A stretch of 64,000 bases of DNA, taken from NCBI GenBank assembly GCA_001949185.1, contig BDGG01000008.1, positions 1,648,655-1,712,654 on the forward strand, in the 5' to 3' direction. The position numbers and the translations under genes are program-made. This DNA comes from Ramazzottius varieornatus. Its lineage: Eukaryota > Animalia > Tardigrada. The notes beneath the pieces are model-generated. The model did not search any database. It was not told the origin of the DNA and saw only the letters and a program-made list of their open reading frames with translations. Of the stretch, positions 31,390 through 43,600 are shown piece by piece. How positions within the stretch are numbered: the first letter of the stretch is position 1; each line of letters starts with the position of its first letter.

Positions 31390-32608
31390 ATGCCATTCCA
31401 TACAGCATCATCTTCCCAGCTGCAGCTGCAGCTGCTGCCAAAGCTTACCAATCAGCGTGGTGAATCAACTTTTACATTGGTGAAAAAGCGCGATAGTTGG
31501 AAGAATGGAGCCGAGGAACGTCTGCTTTAGTGGATGGAAACGCCAGGTAACTATGACAAATACAGATCTGCCTCGAAAGTGAAAGATGACGGGAGGACCA
31601 GAACTAGTGGCAAGACGAAAGAAGCCATCAAGAAAGAAATTGTAGCAATGCTAGCCCAGTGTGGATTTATCAAGACCACCGATCAAGTTCATAACAAGAT
31701 CGACAACCTGGTCAGCTCATGGAAGAAGGCGCATCGAGCTTTGGGAGGAACGGGCTTTGTGAGTCAGGACGAGAAAAATCTGAAAGGTATCCGGTCCTCC
31801 TATGAAAAGTTGAAAGTTGCGAAAATGGACTGAGCCATTCATAATGGGAACGTTTTCCCAACTTTCGAACTTTGTACTTTACATGTTTTTTGGCGTAGAG
31901 ACAACTCGTCAGATGTGTCCGCACTGGGATCAGCTGGATTTTATTCTCTGCAATCGGCCTGCTATGTCCGGCCTCTTCACCGGGGACAACGAAGACGGTA
32001 TCGTGGCGGAAGTTTTCTCAAAGGTTCGTACGATAAATGAAGCAGTACCTCAGATCGACCTTGGTCAACCGGATCCAACAAGCCCAGAGGTCTTTCCATT
32101 CGGCTCGCCCGACAGCGTGCGTGCGAGCACTCTTGATGTGGAAGATCATCGGTCCCAAGCGGATAAAGCACTGGATGGGGACTATGTTCCCTCTGACGAC
32201 GAGGAACAGTTCGGCGCTTCTTCTGCTAAGTCGCTAAGCTCTGTCATCAACAACTCTGCAAAGAAATCCACTGCTGGACTGCAGAAAACTAACATGAGTG
32301 GTCAACAAGAAAGTGTCAAGCCACGAGAGAAACCCATGGACTTAGTTGGAGTTCTGCTGGCAACAAGAAAAGAAAGAAACGATCGAGCGGCCGCCAGAAA
32401 TGAAATTGTAGAGCGCCGATACAAGCGCGAGCTGGATCTGAAGGAGGAAGAAATCAAACTCCAAGCCAAGAAGCAGCGCGATGAGCATGAAGCCAGGATG
32501 AAAGAACTGGAGCAGAAAGACCGAGACAAAGAGCTACGAAAAGCCGAAATCGAGTTGCGCAGGCTGGAGCTACAGTTGGAGATGGAAAAGATGAAGAGAG
32601 AAATTTGA
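31390..32608 (+). pseudogene. Harbinger Myb/SANT-like DNA-binding partner with C-terminal coiled coil; in-frame stop
   Basis: Exons 31390-31786 and 31899-32608. ERLL*WMETPGNY has TAG at 31528-31530; GKTKEAIKKEI, KIDNLVSSWKKA, CPHWDQLDFIL; E/K/R-rich tail. Confidence 0.8.
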
Positions 32609-32842
32609 GCGTTGTGCATTCACTTCAATGACGTTATTTGGAAATTCGAAGTCTGGAAAAATGTTATCACTTTGTTTCCCAGTCTTTATAAGCTTAACTT
32701 TCGGGATCTTACAAATGAGGAATATGATTGTACTGAACTGAACCGAATCTGTGACGGACGAATTCTCGAAATTTCGAAAGTTGGGAAATCAAGCTCCTGC
32801 GCTCGCAGCAAGAAGAAAAACCCAACTTTCGATTTTTCTAAT

Positions 32843-34096
32843 TCAGTATCGTCCCAGAACCGATTGCTTCACTGCTTCACGTTTCATCCGTCCAGTTTGG
32901 CACGAGTCTGCCTGTAGGTGGATGGCGAGTTCATCGTCTTCGTTTTCTTCGGCGTTCGCTCCTTCTTCGGTCCACTCTTCGTCATAGGGGTCCTTCTCGA
33001 GTAAGTTATGAGGTATGCAGCAGACTCGGATCCAGTACACCGCCCACGCAAGGTCTTTCTTTTCTTTGATGTGCACTCGTAGACGCTTTAGGCTCTTGAA
33101 ACGCCCCTTTAGGATTCCGATCATGTGCTCAGCAGCAACTCTAGTTCCGGCGTGGATAGGGTTGAACTCCCGATTTTCGGCAATGTCGGCCGCAGGCTTC
33201 TTGTGCGTAGGAACTGTTATGTCCGAGGTGGGGTATGCGCTGTCAGCTAGCAGATACTCCCCGTTTGCAAAGTAGTCTGATGGAAATCTTGCAAAATTGG
33301 AATACACAAAAACACGGTGGTCGTGCGCTCCACCCGACCAACCAGCATAGACGTGGCGGACAATTTTTTGGTCATCCACAACTATCATAGCATTTATGGC
33401 GTAACCACTCTTGCGTAAGAAGTAGTCTTCTCCGCTGCCTGCGGGCTTTTCTTCCAGACCGACCAGTGTTCCATCAACATATCCGATGCAATTACGGAAC
33501 TTGTGAGCCTCTTCGATACGCCTTCTGATCTGCATCCGTTCAGCTGTCTTGGGCCAAAATACTGTGTGACGTTCCAGTGAGAGCAACGCCACCATAACAC
33601 GTTCGGTGTACAGATTTACCGTACCTTCTCCCACACCAAAATACGCACCATCCTTCCATAAAGAGGAGCCCGATCCGTCGAATCCAAAACGGCCCAGCGC
33701 AATCATCAGCTGTTCCGCGGGATCGGCTTGGCTGAGGTTGCTCTTGTTCTTGAAGACTTTGTAGTCTCGTATCTTTTGCGCGATTCCGTAGAACGCCTGT
33801 CTGCTCATCCTTGAGTTGCGCTTGAATGTCACATCGTCCGACTTGAAAATGATGTCGACCAGTTCTTTCGTTTTCGGTAACCACTGTCTTGGTGAGAGAT
33901 AACGGCTATCAGCTGCATAGCATCGTGCAATGGCCGTGGTAGTGTGGTCGTCGTCCGAGCTGCTTTCTGATTCCTCGTCCATCTTCCGATCTTGGTCATC
34001 GCTGCTTGAATCCAGTACTTCCGTGACTATCAAATCCGTCAAAATCGTCACATCGATGGATCGCACCAGCTGCCTACGGTTCACTCGACTAGGCAT
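32843..34096 (-). CDS. PIF/Harbinger (HARBI1-like, DDE_Tnp_4) transposase, 417 aa
   Basis: Intronless ORF with GYVDGT, RKSGYAINAMIVVD, GWSGGAHD, YLLADSAY, RVAAEHMIGILKGRFKSL; D-D-E triad intact. Confidence 0.93.
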   Translation of the reverse strand: MPSRVNRRQLVRSIDVTILTDLIVTEVLDSSSDDQDRKMDEESESSSDDDHTTTAIARCYAADSRYLSPRQWLPKTKELVDIIFKSDDVTFKRNSRMSRQAFYGIAQKIRDYKVFKNKSNLSQADPAEQLMIALGRFGFDGSGSSLWKDGAYFGVGEGTVNLYTERVMVALLSLERHTVFWPKTAERMQIRRRIEEAHKFRNCIGYVDGTLVGLEEKPAGSGEDYFLRKSGYAINAMIVVDDQKIVRHVYAGWSGGAHDHRVFVYSNFARFPSDYFANGEYLLADSAYPTSDITVPTHKKPAADIAENREFNPIHAGTRVAAEHMIGILKGRFKSLKRLRVHIKEKKDLAWAVYWIRVCCIPHNLLEKDPYDEEWTEEGANAEENEDDELAIHLQADSCQTGRMKREAVKQSVLGRY

Positions 34097-34611
34097 CTTA
34101 AGGACACAAACTGTAAACAGACTGAAGTGCAAGGTATAAATAATGAAGAATACTCCGCTCAAAAAATTTCCCTTTAACGGTTCTGACGTCACAGCCTTTT
34201 CTACGTCATTTGGTATGTTAGACTGTGAGTGATTATTTCGGTACTCAGACCAGAAATTTCAATTGATCACCCGATTGGTTGATTTACTTAAACAAACGCC
34301 GTTTTTAAACGACTGCTTTTACGTAAACGCCAGCTTTGAGCCGAACTATTGACCAGTCCGCAGTGTTCAGTCATCATCGCTTACTTCTAGCCAGCTGAGT
34401 TGTTTGCTCCCGGCAAATTCTTTGATTGAGCAAAACACGGAACTGATCAGCTGATCGAATTTTGATTGCTGATTTTGCCTTCGCTCGCGTCAGGATTATT
34501 ATTCTTTCTTTGAAAGCTTGAGTTCTTCCCTTTTCTTCTTTGGGAGTATCCGTGTTTCCGTGACCGCGCGGATGGGACATGAAGCTAATGGATAATCTTG
34601 TTTAGCGCATA

Positions 34612-37600
34612 ATGGCGCTAGAAGAAGAGGGGGACCTTTCGGCGGTGGTTCCAGGAGAGGAAGAGGCGGACATCGCCTTGTCGGATGATGGAGAGGATGC
34701 AAGCGATCCAGGTAACAGTGCGTTTACACTTCGACCAACCTCGATCAGGATGTGTTTTTTGGACGTTTGTTATGCCGTTGTAGAGCTGGAAAGTGATGGG
34801 CAAGAACAAATTATGCGTCGAAGCCTGGAGCCGAGGATCAGCTCTGGTTCGGAGAGAAGGTCGATCGACAGTGGATGTGCTGCTCCGGAGGAAACAGACA
34901 CGGTAAGTTTGGTTCCATTGGGGACAAGTACTGTCCGGCTCATAAACGAGATGTGTTCCAGACGGAGGAGGCTGGTCAAGTTTTCGTGATGATGGAGGAG
35001 ACATTCCGCGTTAGCCGCAACACTCGTGCTCAATGGTTCTTGCAGTATTTGAACAAAGCTGTGGTCTGGAATCCAGAGGCAAGTTGTTTTTCGTTGACAT
35101 AATGTTCCGTGATGCAGTACTGGACTCGTTAACAGATATTGCATCTGTAGGTCAAATCGAATGCCGAAGAAAGGGAGCCGTTAGAAATTATTTCGTGTAT
35201 TCCACGCGAGCCGAGTACTCTTGCTGAAGGAGGTAAGCGAACTGCGGGATGCTGCAGTACTGTACTGTAGATGCTTTCTCGAAGCGAACCTTAAAAGCAA
35301 GTACGCGTACGTTTTTGGGCCACAGAATGCGCAACGTCTTTCCCCAAGAAGATGTACAGAATCACACAGAATACCGAAGTGACGTTCCTGTCGAAGTGCT
35401 ATCGACTGGTCTTTGCGCTCGACCTAACACCTTCGATGGCCGCAGTTGTAAGCGACCGAACTGAATCCTCTTCTTCATCATTGATATTACTGGACGCTCC
35501 GTTTGCGAAACTGTTGTATGGTAGTCTTTGACGAACGGAAACGTGGCCGTTGCACAACTCTTCCTGGCTCTTCGAGAATGCCTGACGGCCATCAGTCAGC
35601 CTGTAAGAAGACCATGCCGCTGACACGATTTTCTTGTAACGCAAGCATGCCGACTTTTGGGTTCCTTAGTCACTGATACCCGGTACGACAACTTCGTTTG
35701 CGCCCAAAGTCTTTATAACCGTCTTCGTACACGCGCCGTTCCTCACCTCGAAGTCCGTGCCCGTTATCGCCAAAGGTTTCCGACTCTTGCCCGAAACCCT
35801 GCCTGACCTCCTCACCATCATCCACGATGAACTAGTCCACTTGGAAAACGACGTTATCCCCCGGTTAAATGTAAGTCGCACTGATCGTCAGATCTCGCTG
35901 AATATTCTGTTTGAATGTGAGAGCTTCTTGCAGGCGGAGGTTCGAAAATACTCTTGCGCTGGTCAAGGCAACCCCAGTCTTTCAAAGCCCTTCCTCACGA
36001 TGGATATGGCGCTGGCAAACATACTCCGGAAAGGGCTGCTGAGTGTTCAGTTACTTCCTGACAATTCCTGCGGACGTAAGTGAATCCTCAGACTCTAACG
36101 GAGAAAGGAGCAGACTGGAGACGCCCAGTTTCATGCACTAGCATATACGACTTGCGTAGTGCAGTCACTGCTCGCCGTATGCAAGTGTATGAAAGCTGTT
36201 TTTTTTATGTTCTGTGGCTGCTTTCTTTATGTTCTAAACTGGTGCAGGGGATATCTTTTAGATATCATCGTTGTGACGGATGGGATACTGGATTTCCCGG
36301 ACGTCGGACTAATGGACTCGCTTCTCTCGCAACTGCGTTCTCACACTATCTCAGTCTCGTTCATTCGTGTAGCCTGCTCCGACGGGGACAGCTTTGCCGG
36401 AAGTGACTTCGGCTACATTTGTAACGTGGACCTGATGGAGTTCATCGCAAAGACCACCTCCGGGGCATACGTCGAGTACAAGCCGTGGGACTGCGCGGTA
36501 CAGTCTGACAGAACTTGCGCTGACTGTCCCGTGTCCGCTGCTGCTGGTGGTGGTGCCGTCGCTTTGTCTAACCTTGTAAGCTGCTGTAATCTCGGCTGTG
36601 TTTTTTACATTTTTACTACTGTATATAAACCAACGTCGCAGTCGGAAAGTTGCTTTTGAGTTTACTTTTCCTTGCTGTATCTTACAGGGGGAACTGAATG
36701 GCACGGATGCGAGTGTCTACCGAAAAGCGTTCTTCACCTGTAATTTCCAACAACGCAATGATTTTATTGCCGGAGCCACAAAGCGCCCAGATAATTTACG
36801 GTATTCGTATGACTGACAGAAACGCAGGAAAAGAGCAATGGTTTCCTTGCTCCTTCGTTCTCGATCTCATCCTGTGCGGCTTTGGGAAAATGTGTTATCA
36901 GATACAAAACGCAACTCAGTAATACTGATGGGAAACATGTTTGATATAAATAAATAAAAGACTGTTTTTGTGCGATTCAAGCTTTGAATGTGCATCGTTC
37001 CAACAGGCTTGTGGACGCGACTGCCAGTCGGAGCATGAAGCGTTTCATCAGCCACTCTGTTCTCGAAGTGTCCATCGGTGGTCTTCTTTCCATCCGTCTT
37101 CGCGAAGGCTTCACGGTCAAGAGCGTGAACTTCTCCAAAAATGGCTCGGTAGTCGATTTGGTCCTGGTCATGCCATGGAAGCCAGAAATCAATCTGGAGT
37201 ACCGCATCTGTGCGGTGTGGCCACCCACCGAGAATACTCAGATCACGGCGGAAGTGCACGTCGAAGCGCCTTACGAGTTCCTGTACGACTGGATCTACAT
37301 GAACAGCCAGAAAATCCCTTATGGCAAACATCGGTTGGCCACACTCCGTCAGTTCAAAACTACGGTAAGAAAATTGGGAGGTGGCAAGTGAGAAGGTACA
37401 ATATCGTTAGATCAAGTGGCGCACTCTTCCAGCCGCTTCCAATGCAGTCGGGCGTCACTTTTGATGACGATATTGCACGTTTCGTTTGTCGGGCTTTCGT
37501 TTCATTGCGAGAGCGCGATTTGCTTATTTTCGTACTGAGGGTGTTTTCTCAGGTTTTGGGGTTGGAGTCGGCCGATCAGTTTCTTCTGCACATCGAGCAG

Positions 37601-40600
37601 TTTCGCAGCGATGTGGCGAACTACACACTGCCGGAAGTCATCAAAGACAAGATGCCGGTTTTTTACTTCCCGCCGGACGACATGGAAAACCCCATCTTCT
37701 CCACGAACGAGCTAGACGACTTCTTGGATTTCACTTCCTTCTGGAGGCCGATCTGCGTCATGGATGTCAACTCGTGGCATCAATGGCTTCATGTCCATCG
37801 CATAAGTGAGACCCCCTTCCATTTCGTCAAAATTCGAAAAAAGCTGTTTCACTGCAGTCACATTTTGTTGGAAGTAGATGAATCTTGTCTTTTAACGGTG
37901 AATGGCACAGTGCCGATAGGGTGGCAGGCCTTTCTCTACAATACATTGTACTCGTAGGTATACTTTTGGAGCACGATAAACCACTTCTGAACAACATCTT
38001 CAACCAGCGCAGGTCCGCCACGGTTCGTTGCTCCGTAGCCATGAATCAGCTACACGACCTCCTCCGCAGATGGTCGACCATCGTCCTGGTGGACGGTCAC
38101 TCCTACGTTCGCTTCCTGTATGACGAGGAAGAAGGACCAGCAGCTCCACCCAAGTCCTTCTTCGTCATTCGTATGGCGGCTAAGCCACCATGCGTCGTCC
38201 TCCGGCTGGCTTTTCTAGGTAATTTTGTAGGGTTACCGTAGGAAAATATCGGGATTCGCACAGCAATGCGTTCCTACCACGATCATTCAGTACTCGTGCT
38301 TCGGCAGAGCAACATTAATTACGACGTTTTGAGCCTTGTCGAAATTAGTCCAATGGACTCCTGGTTTTTGCTAAGGTGGAACACCGGGTGCAGTTCGGCA
38401 TCGTATCATCACCGAGCTGGACAAGATGGTATCCGCTCTGACGATGCAAGTCAAATCTCTCCCCAACGTGGAACCAACTTGCGTGCTTTGCTGTTGGAAG
38501 TTCGTGAAACCCGTCGAGAAGATGCTGATCCAGTACAAAGACATCCCAAACGACATGTTCAACACGGCATTGTCCCCCTCCATCGTCCACGACAAGGCCA
38601 CACAAACACAGTTCCCAGTGGCAAACCCGGGAGCGTTTCAGGCACTGAGTAGGTTTCTTTACTGTCGAAGGTACGTCTGGATGCCGCTGAAACAGTCGAC
38701 GCCCATCTTGTACTTCGATGCCATTGGCAGGATCGTCACCGTCCTTGTCAGGTTAGCACTTTTCTACCTGTTTGAGTCGCTTCGGTAAAACCATGACACT
38801 GATCTCTGAGAAAATGGACACGGAAATTCTATTGTTTATTCTGTTAGATTCTGTTGTCTGGAAATAGAAACCGGGTATCTTTGTTTTACTCACTTATGAT
38901 GAGGTACCCTGGTTCCTATTTGCTTAGCTAGTGTGGCTTTGTGACGTTCGTGTGCTTTCAGTTTACGACTACGGGAAGGTTTCCGGTTTTCCAGTACATC
39001 GGGAGGAGTCTTCAACCTGACGACGGAGATTCAGATGACGGATCTGGTAGCTGAAACCGTCAAGACAGCAAGTGACTCAGTGCGGGACTTTCCGCCGTGT
39101 GTGGTCCAGTTCATCGTCTTCCCTCCGAAAGGCGTGAGGGATAGCATGGGGGAGGAACTATTAGATTCAGAGATGAAACTAGAGAAGTACTCCATCGCGG
39201 TAGAAATCTGGGTTGAACCACAGTATGGACTGTGCCGGACGGCTGGCATGCCGTGTGCTTACTTGAACAACCTGATGTACAAACAAGTCCCTGAGAAGGT
39301 TCGTAGAAAAATGCCGCTGAGCCAGTCGACGACTTCTACGTATCTTTCTCTGGTTTTTCACAATACCTTTAGGCTGATTTGAGTTTTCTCGCGACTTTGT
39401 GTCACGTAACTTTTCGCTTCCATTTCCAGATGCACGAGCTGGATTCAGACCTTCTGTCCACCTTCCTCACCTTCGAAATCCTCTTCGCCCTCTGCAGCCC
39501 GGCTTCCTGCCGTCGACCGTGGTCTTACAACAACCCCTCCTTCTCCCGCTCCGTCTCGCGCGACCCAGCGAAGCACCGTACCGACCTCGAAGACAACGCT
39601 GACATGCTCAACTTCCCTTTCGACGTAGCTCGCCTCATCACAAAGTGTCACCGGACTCGCATGCTCTTCCCCAGCTTCCGGCAGAGCGATCAAGCCAAAG
39701 ACGTTACAGCTTCCAACGCCTTCCTCTTTCGGTTCTTCACATCCGAAATCAAACGCCTGCACGCTCGGGAGATTTCTCTCACTCCCTCCGAGTGCGAGAG
39801 GATCTTCGAGGTTTTAAAGGAAGGCCTCACTTCCACACAGCTCGAGTCTCTCACAGGCTCAGTCGTGGGCGAAAACGAGACTGACGGTGAAGCAGGTAGA
39901 CAAGCCAATCAAGCGTACAGTCACATACCCGAATGGCGACTCTTCGTTAAACGCATTTCTGAGGTCCTTCTCGTCCTGACATTGATTCCTTCCTCGTATT
40001 CCGCCCTTCAGAAAATCACCCAAGTGTTGGACATTGACCTGATAGATACCGACGTAACACAAACACAAGCAGTGAACTTAACAGCAGTTGGGCAGTCAGA
40101 TTCGTCCACGATCTTTTCGTATGGAGAAGGTGATTCGGAGACCGATGAGACGGCCACGTTGAAGCGACCTGTGGCCTTAGCAGTGCCGGTGTACATCTTC
40201 AGCTGTACTTTCGATGGGCTACAAGCTCATTTGGTGGACAAAAAGTCGGTGAGTCGAAGTCACAACTTTGACTTTGACCTGACGGCGAGTTTCAACGTCC
40301 AGTATGATCGGCTGGCCAAACGGATCAGTGAGTCGCGGACCGATGACTTTTCGGACAGAGGGTCGTTGCGCAGTTCAAGTTTCCCGATCAAGAACAGCAG
40401 GGACCACACTAAGCTGTACCTGATGTTCCCAACCATCGAAGACGCCTTCGCAAAGGCTTTTGTGCAGGGAGTGTACAAGTCGCTCCATTTTGGAATAAAT
40501 GCAAGTGCGGAAATATCGTAGGAAAACATGTTGATCTGTGAAAAACTAGCAATTATGAAAACGAAAATACCATTACGAATTTGGAAGGTCCAAGATTTCC

Positions 40601-43600
40601 AGTAGAGCTCAATTTATTTCTTGGTGGCGCGGTCTCTCCCTGTCTTTTAACCAGGCTTTTCTCCAGGTTGATCCCCATGATATTCAAGCGGCGGATGGTC
40701 TCTGCGACGAGGTGCCGGTAGAAATCGATCTGACCGCCTTCATTCGCGCAGTGTGCTCGCACTTCCGGCGCGATGATCACCACAGCTCCAAGATCCGAAG
40801 ATCACCGAAGAAGCTCACACAAGCCTCCAGAGATGACTTCCGCCTCCAGTCTCCCCACTTGGACATCAAGCAACAGTTCCAGAGTATCGTCTCGACCTGT
40901 CTACAACGAGTGGAGAACAAGCCGGACCTGTTCTTCTACTGCTTGCCAGGTAAGGCTCCTCCATCATTGGAGATGCGGAATTATCATAGAAACTTAGCCA
41001 GTCAACCATGTGATCGAGATGAAGAAATTTCCTGGTCATTCCAGCCGGATTGCTGCATACTGTAGTGAGCTAAAACGCGATAGGTGTCGTGGTACTTTCT
41101 ACCTACAGTAGTCACCAAGAAAGCCCCTGTCTCGGAGAGGAGAAGTAGTAGTCGGAATATTTTTTCTCGACTGAACTTGCTCTGTTTTCTGTGTAGGCAA
41201 TCTTGGTCGGTCCCGACGTTCGATGTCCGACCTGGACCTGGACGACTCCGAGATTAGTGAAAGCTCAGTGGAATTTCGGCTGGAGACGTCGACACCCCTT
41301 CGGGAGAGCGTCAGTGGCCTGAGTGAGGCTGAGTCTTCGCCCGGGTTCTTTCAACGGGAAGTCAACTCCATCAGTCTTGACTCGGACGTCGAATCCTGCA
41401 CCAGCGTCTTCGGGTCAGTGATCGAGGGGGAGTCCGCCGGCACCGATGGGAAGGAGGAGGACGAAGAGGAGGAGGAAAGCGACGATGAAGCCTTGACGCC
41501 GCTGTTCGTCCAGTTCGTTTGCGCAGTCTTCGCGACGACCTCCAAGAAAGAACTGGGCAGCTGTCCTGTCCGACAACTTCCAACTTGCTTCGGTAATTTC
41601 CGTCAGTCCTGTGGTAGAAGAGCTGAGCTGCAGAGGATATCTGCAATGGAGAAAGGACTTGACCCAGATCGCTATTCCAAGTGGCGCACGTTTCCCGGTT
41701 TTTTGCCGAGTGTGTGCGCCACTTGGGAAAAACGATCTAGGTGGATTCATTTGCCGACGTCCCACATGTCAATACCGCGGCTTTTGTGTCTTCTCGATGT
41801 TTGGCGAGTGACACTCTGCGTCTTCTTTTTTAGAGGATATCTTGAAGTGCATTGAAGGCGCAGCTGAAGCTGCACGTTCGCTGGACTACGCCGACATCCG
41901 TCTCCGCCTTGACGTTCTGTGCCTGACCTTGCCTGACGACCTGAAAACCATCTCTTCGGTGGAAGGTCGACCGTCCATGCGAACTATTTCCGGTAGTAGT
42001 ATTAACCGAGACATGCGGGAAAGTGACTCTGACATTTCCGCCATCAACGAAGAGTAAGCTTCCGGCTGCTTTCGCTTAGAATCGTTTTTGAGTTTCTTGC
42101 TGTGATTTTCAGAGCATCAGCGAGGTCGGAAACGGAGGAACTGAACCAGCTTCCGCCCCAGCAAGCCGAGAAGATGAAAGTAGTGGTGGATAAGATCAAG
42201 TGGCACCTGCAAGACGAGATTGCTCATGTGTTGTCTAGTGCTGAAGAGTTACCGACGGCGGAGAACCTGACCTTGGTGGTAGATCATGTTCGGAACTCCA
42301 GAGCCAGGCAGACGAGCGTTGAGTACCACGTGCCGCTCAAGTTTGTCTACAACGTCGACCAGAGCTTCGGCATGTTCATTCAGGTAACTCAAACGTGTGC
42401 TGATAGGCCTGACATGTTGGAGTTGTCGAACATGCCCACTTACTGTACACGAACGACGAGAAAATATGGGCGAGTAAAAATTATTAATTACGGAAAAGAC
42501 GGCAAAACAAATTTAACCGTACAAAGATGTCAGAAAGTGCCTTAGTGCGAATCAGCTGCATGCTTCCCTACCGCCGTAGGGAACAGGCCTGGTCCATCAT
42601 TTTTACTGGCCCATAATTTGTTCTCTTGCGTGTCCGTGAACGTCTGATATTGGCGCTCGTGTAAAAAGGGAGGTGATGTAACATGGTTTATGTACCGGTC
42701 ATTCGAGTCAACGACGCATTCATACTAAGAATATCGATGCTGCTTACCAGGAAAATTTACTTAGTCCAAAAGGTGAGACGTGACGTGTTATTTTTAGAGG
42801 TTCGAGAAGAGTACGGTTCCAGGGTATCGTTTCGTCAAGCAGGACCAGTACTACTACCTGGCGACCTACTTGGGTTCGCCAGTATTGCGCCGTCGTGCTA
42901 AGCTTTTGAATGTTCCCAGTACTGCCACAGATCGTCTACGCAGCCCTTCGTTCGACACCGGCGCCATCCAAAGTAAAACGAGTAAACTCAACCGTCTGGC
43001 TGAACTAAAGACTCCCCGAAGAGCCAGCCTACCCGTCTTCATGATCAACAAGGAACCACATGGCATCGTCAACCCCGTCAACAACGCGGACATCCGCGCC
43101 TTCCGACGCATGCCGGCCATCCAGGTACGCAGATCAGTAGCGTTCGTATAAACTTGTAGACGTATAAACTCGAAGATAAAATCCGAGGTCGTTTTCCCAG
43201 TGGCGCACTCTTCAGCTGATAACAATGGATACGTGCGCGACTTGAGACAACAAGCTGAGTTAGACCATTTACCCACGTTACATTCAACGTCAGACTAAAT
43301 GAGAAGTTTTCTTACAGGATAGTTTGACGGACGACGAAGTGTGCATGTTCGAGGCCAGTGAAGGCGACGAGATGAAAAGCTCCGTCGAGAAGAGCGACCA
43401 TGAGTATGACGCTGGAAGCAGTGAGTCCGAAGACGAGCAGGAGGAAGAAGCGGTTGAGCTAGAGGAGCCCGTGGAACAGAGTCAGCAAGAACGAGATCGA
43501 GCCAAGACGGAACTGCCCGGTTTCTGGCTGATCTTGAAGTTTAAGCCGGACGAAGCTAGTGTCTTCTTCCACGTCCATGAGTCGGAGATCGACTCGGCCA

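Larger units (their letters stand above)
31056..34347. mobile_element. Full-length PIF/Harbinger DNA transposon with two convergent genes
   Basis: TIR AGTTCG(A/G)CTCAAAGCTGGCGTTTAC(C/G)TAAA at both ends; encodes a DDE transposase (-) and a Myb/SANT-like partner (+); TSD not clean. Confidence 0.92.

Noticed and set aside
42564-42594. Hairpin TTCCCTAC-CGCC-GTAGGGAA followed by CTGG|T as a Helitron 3' end
   Set aside because: No matching 5' end or second copy in the window, and it lies inside another MITE.
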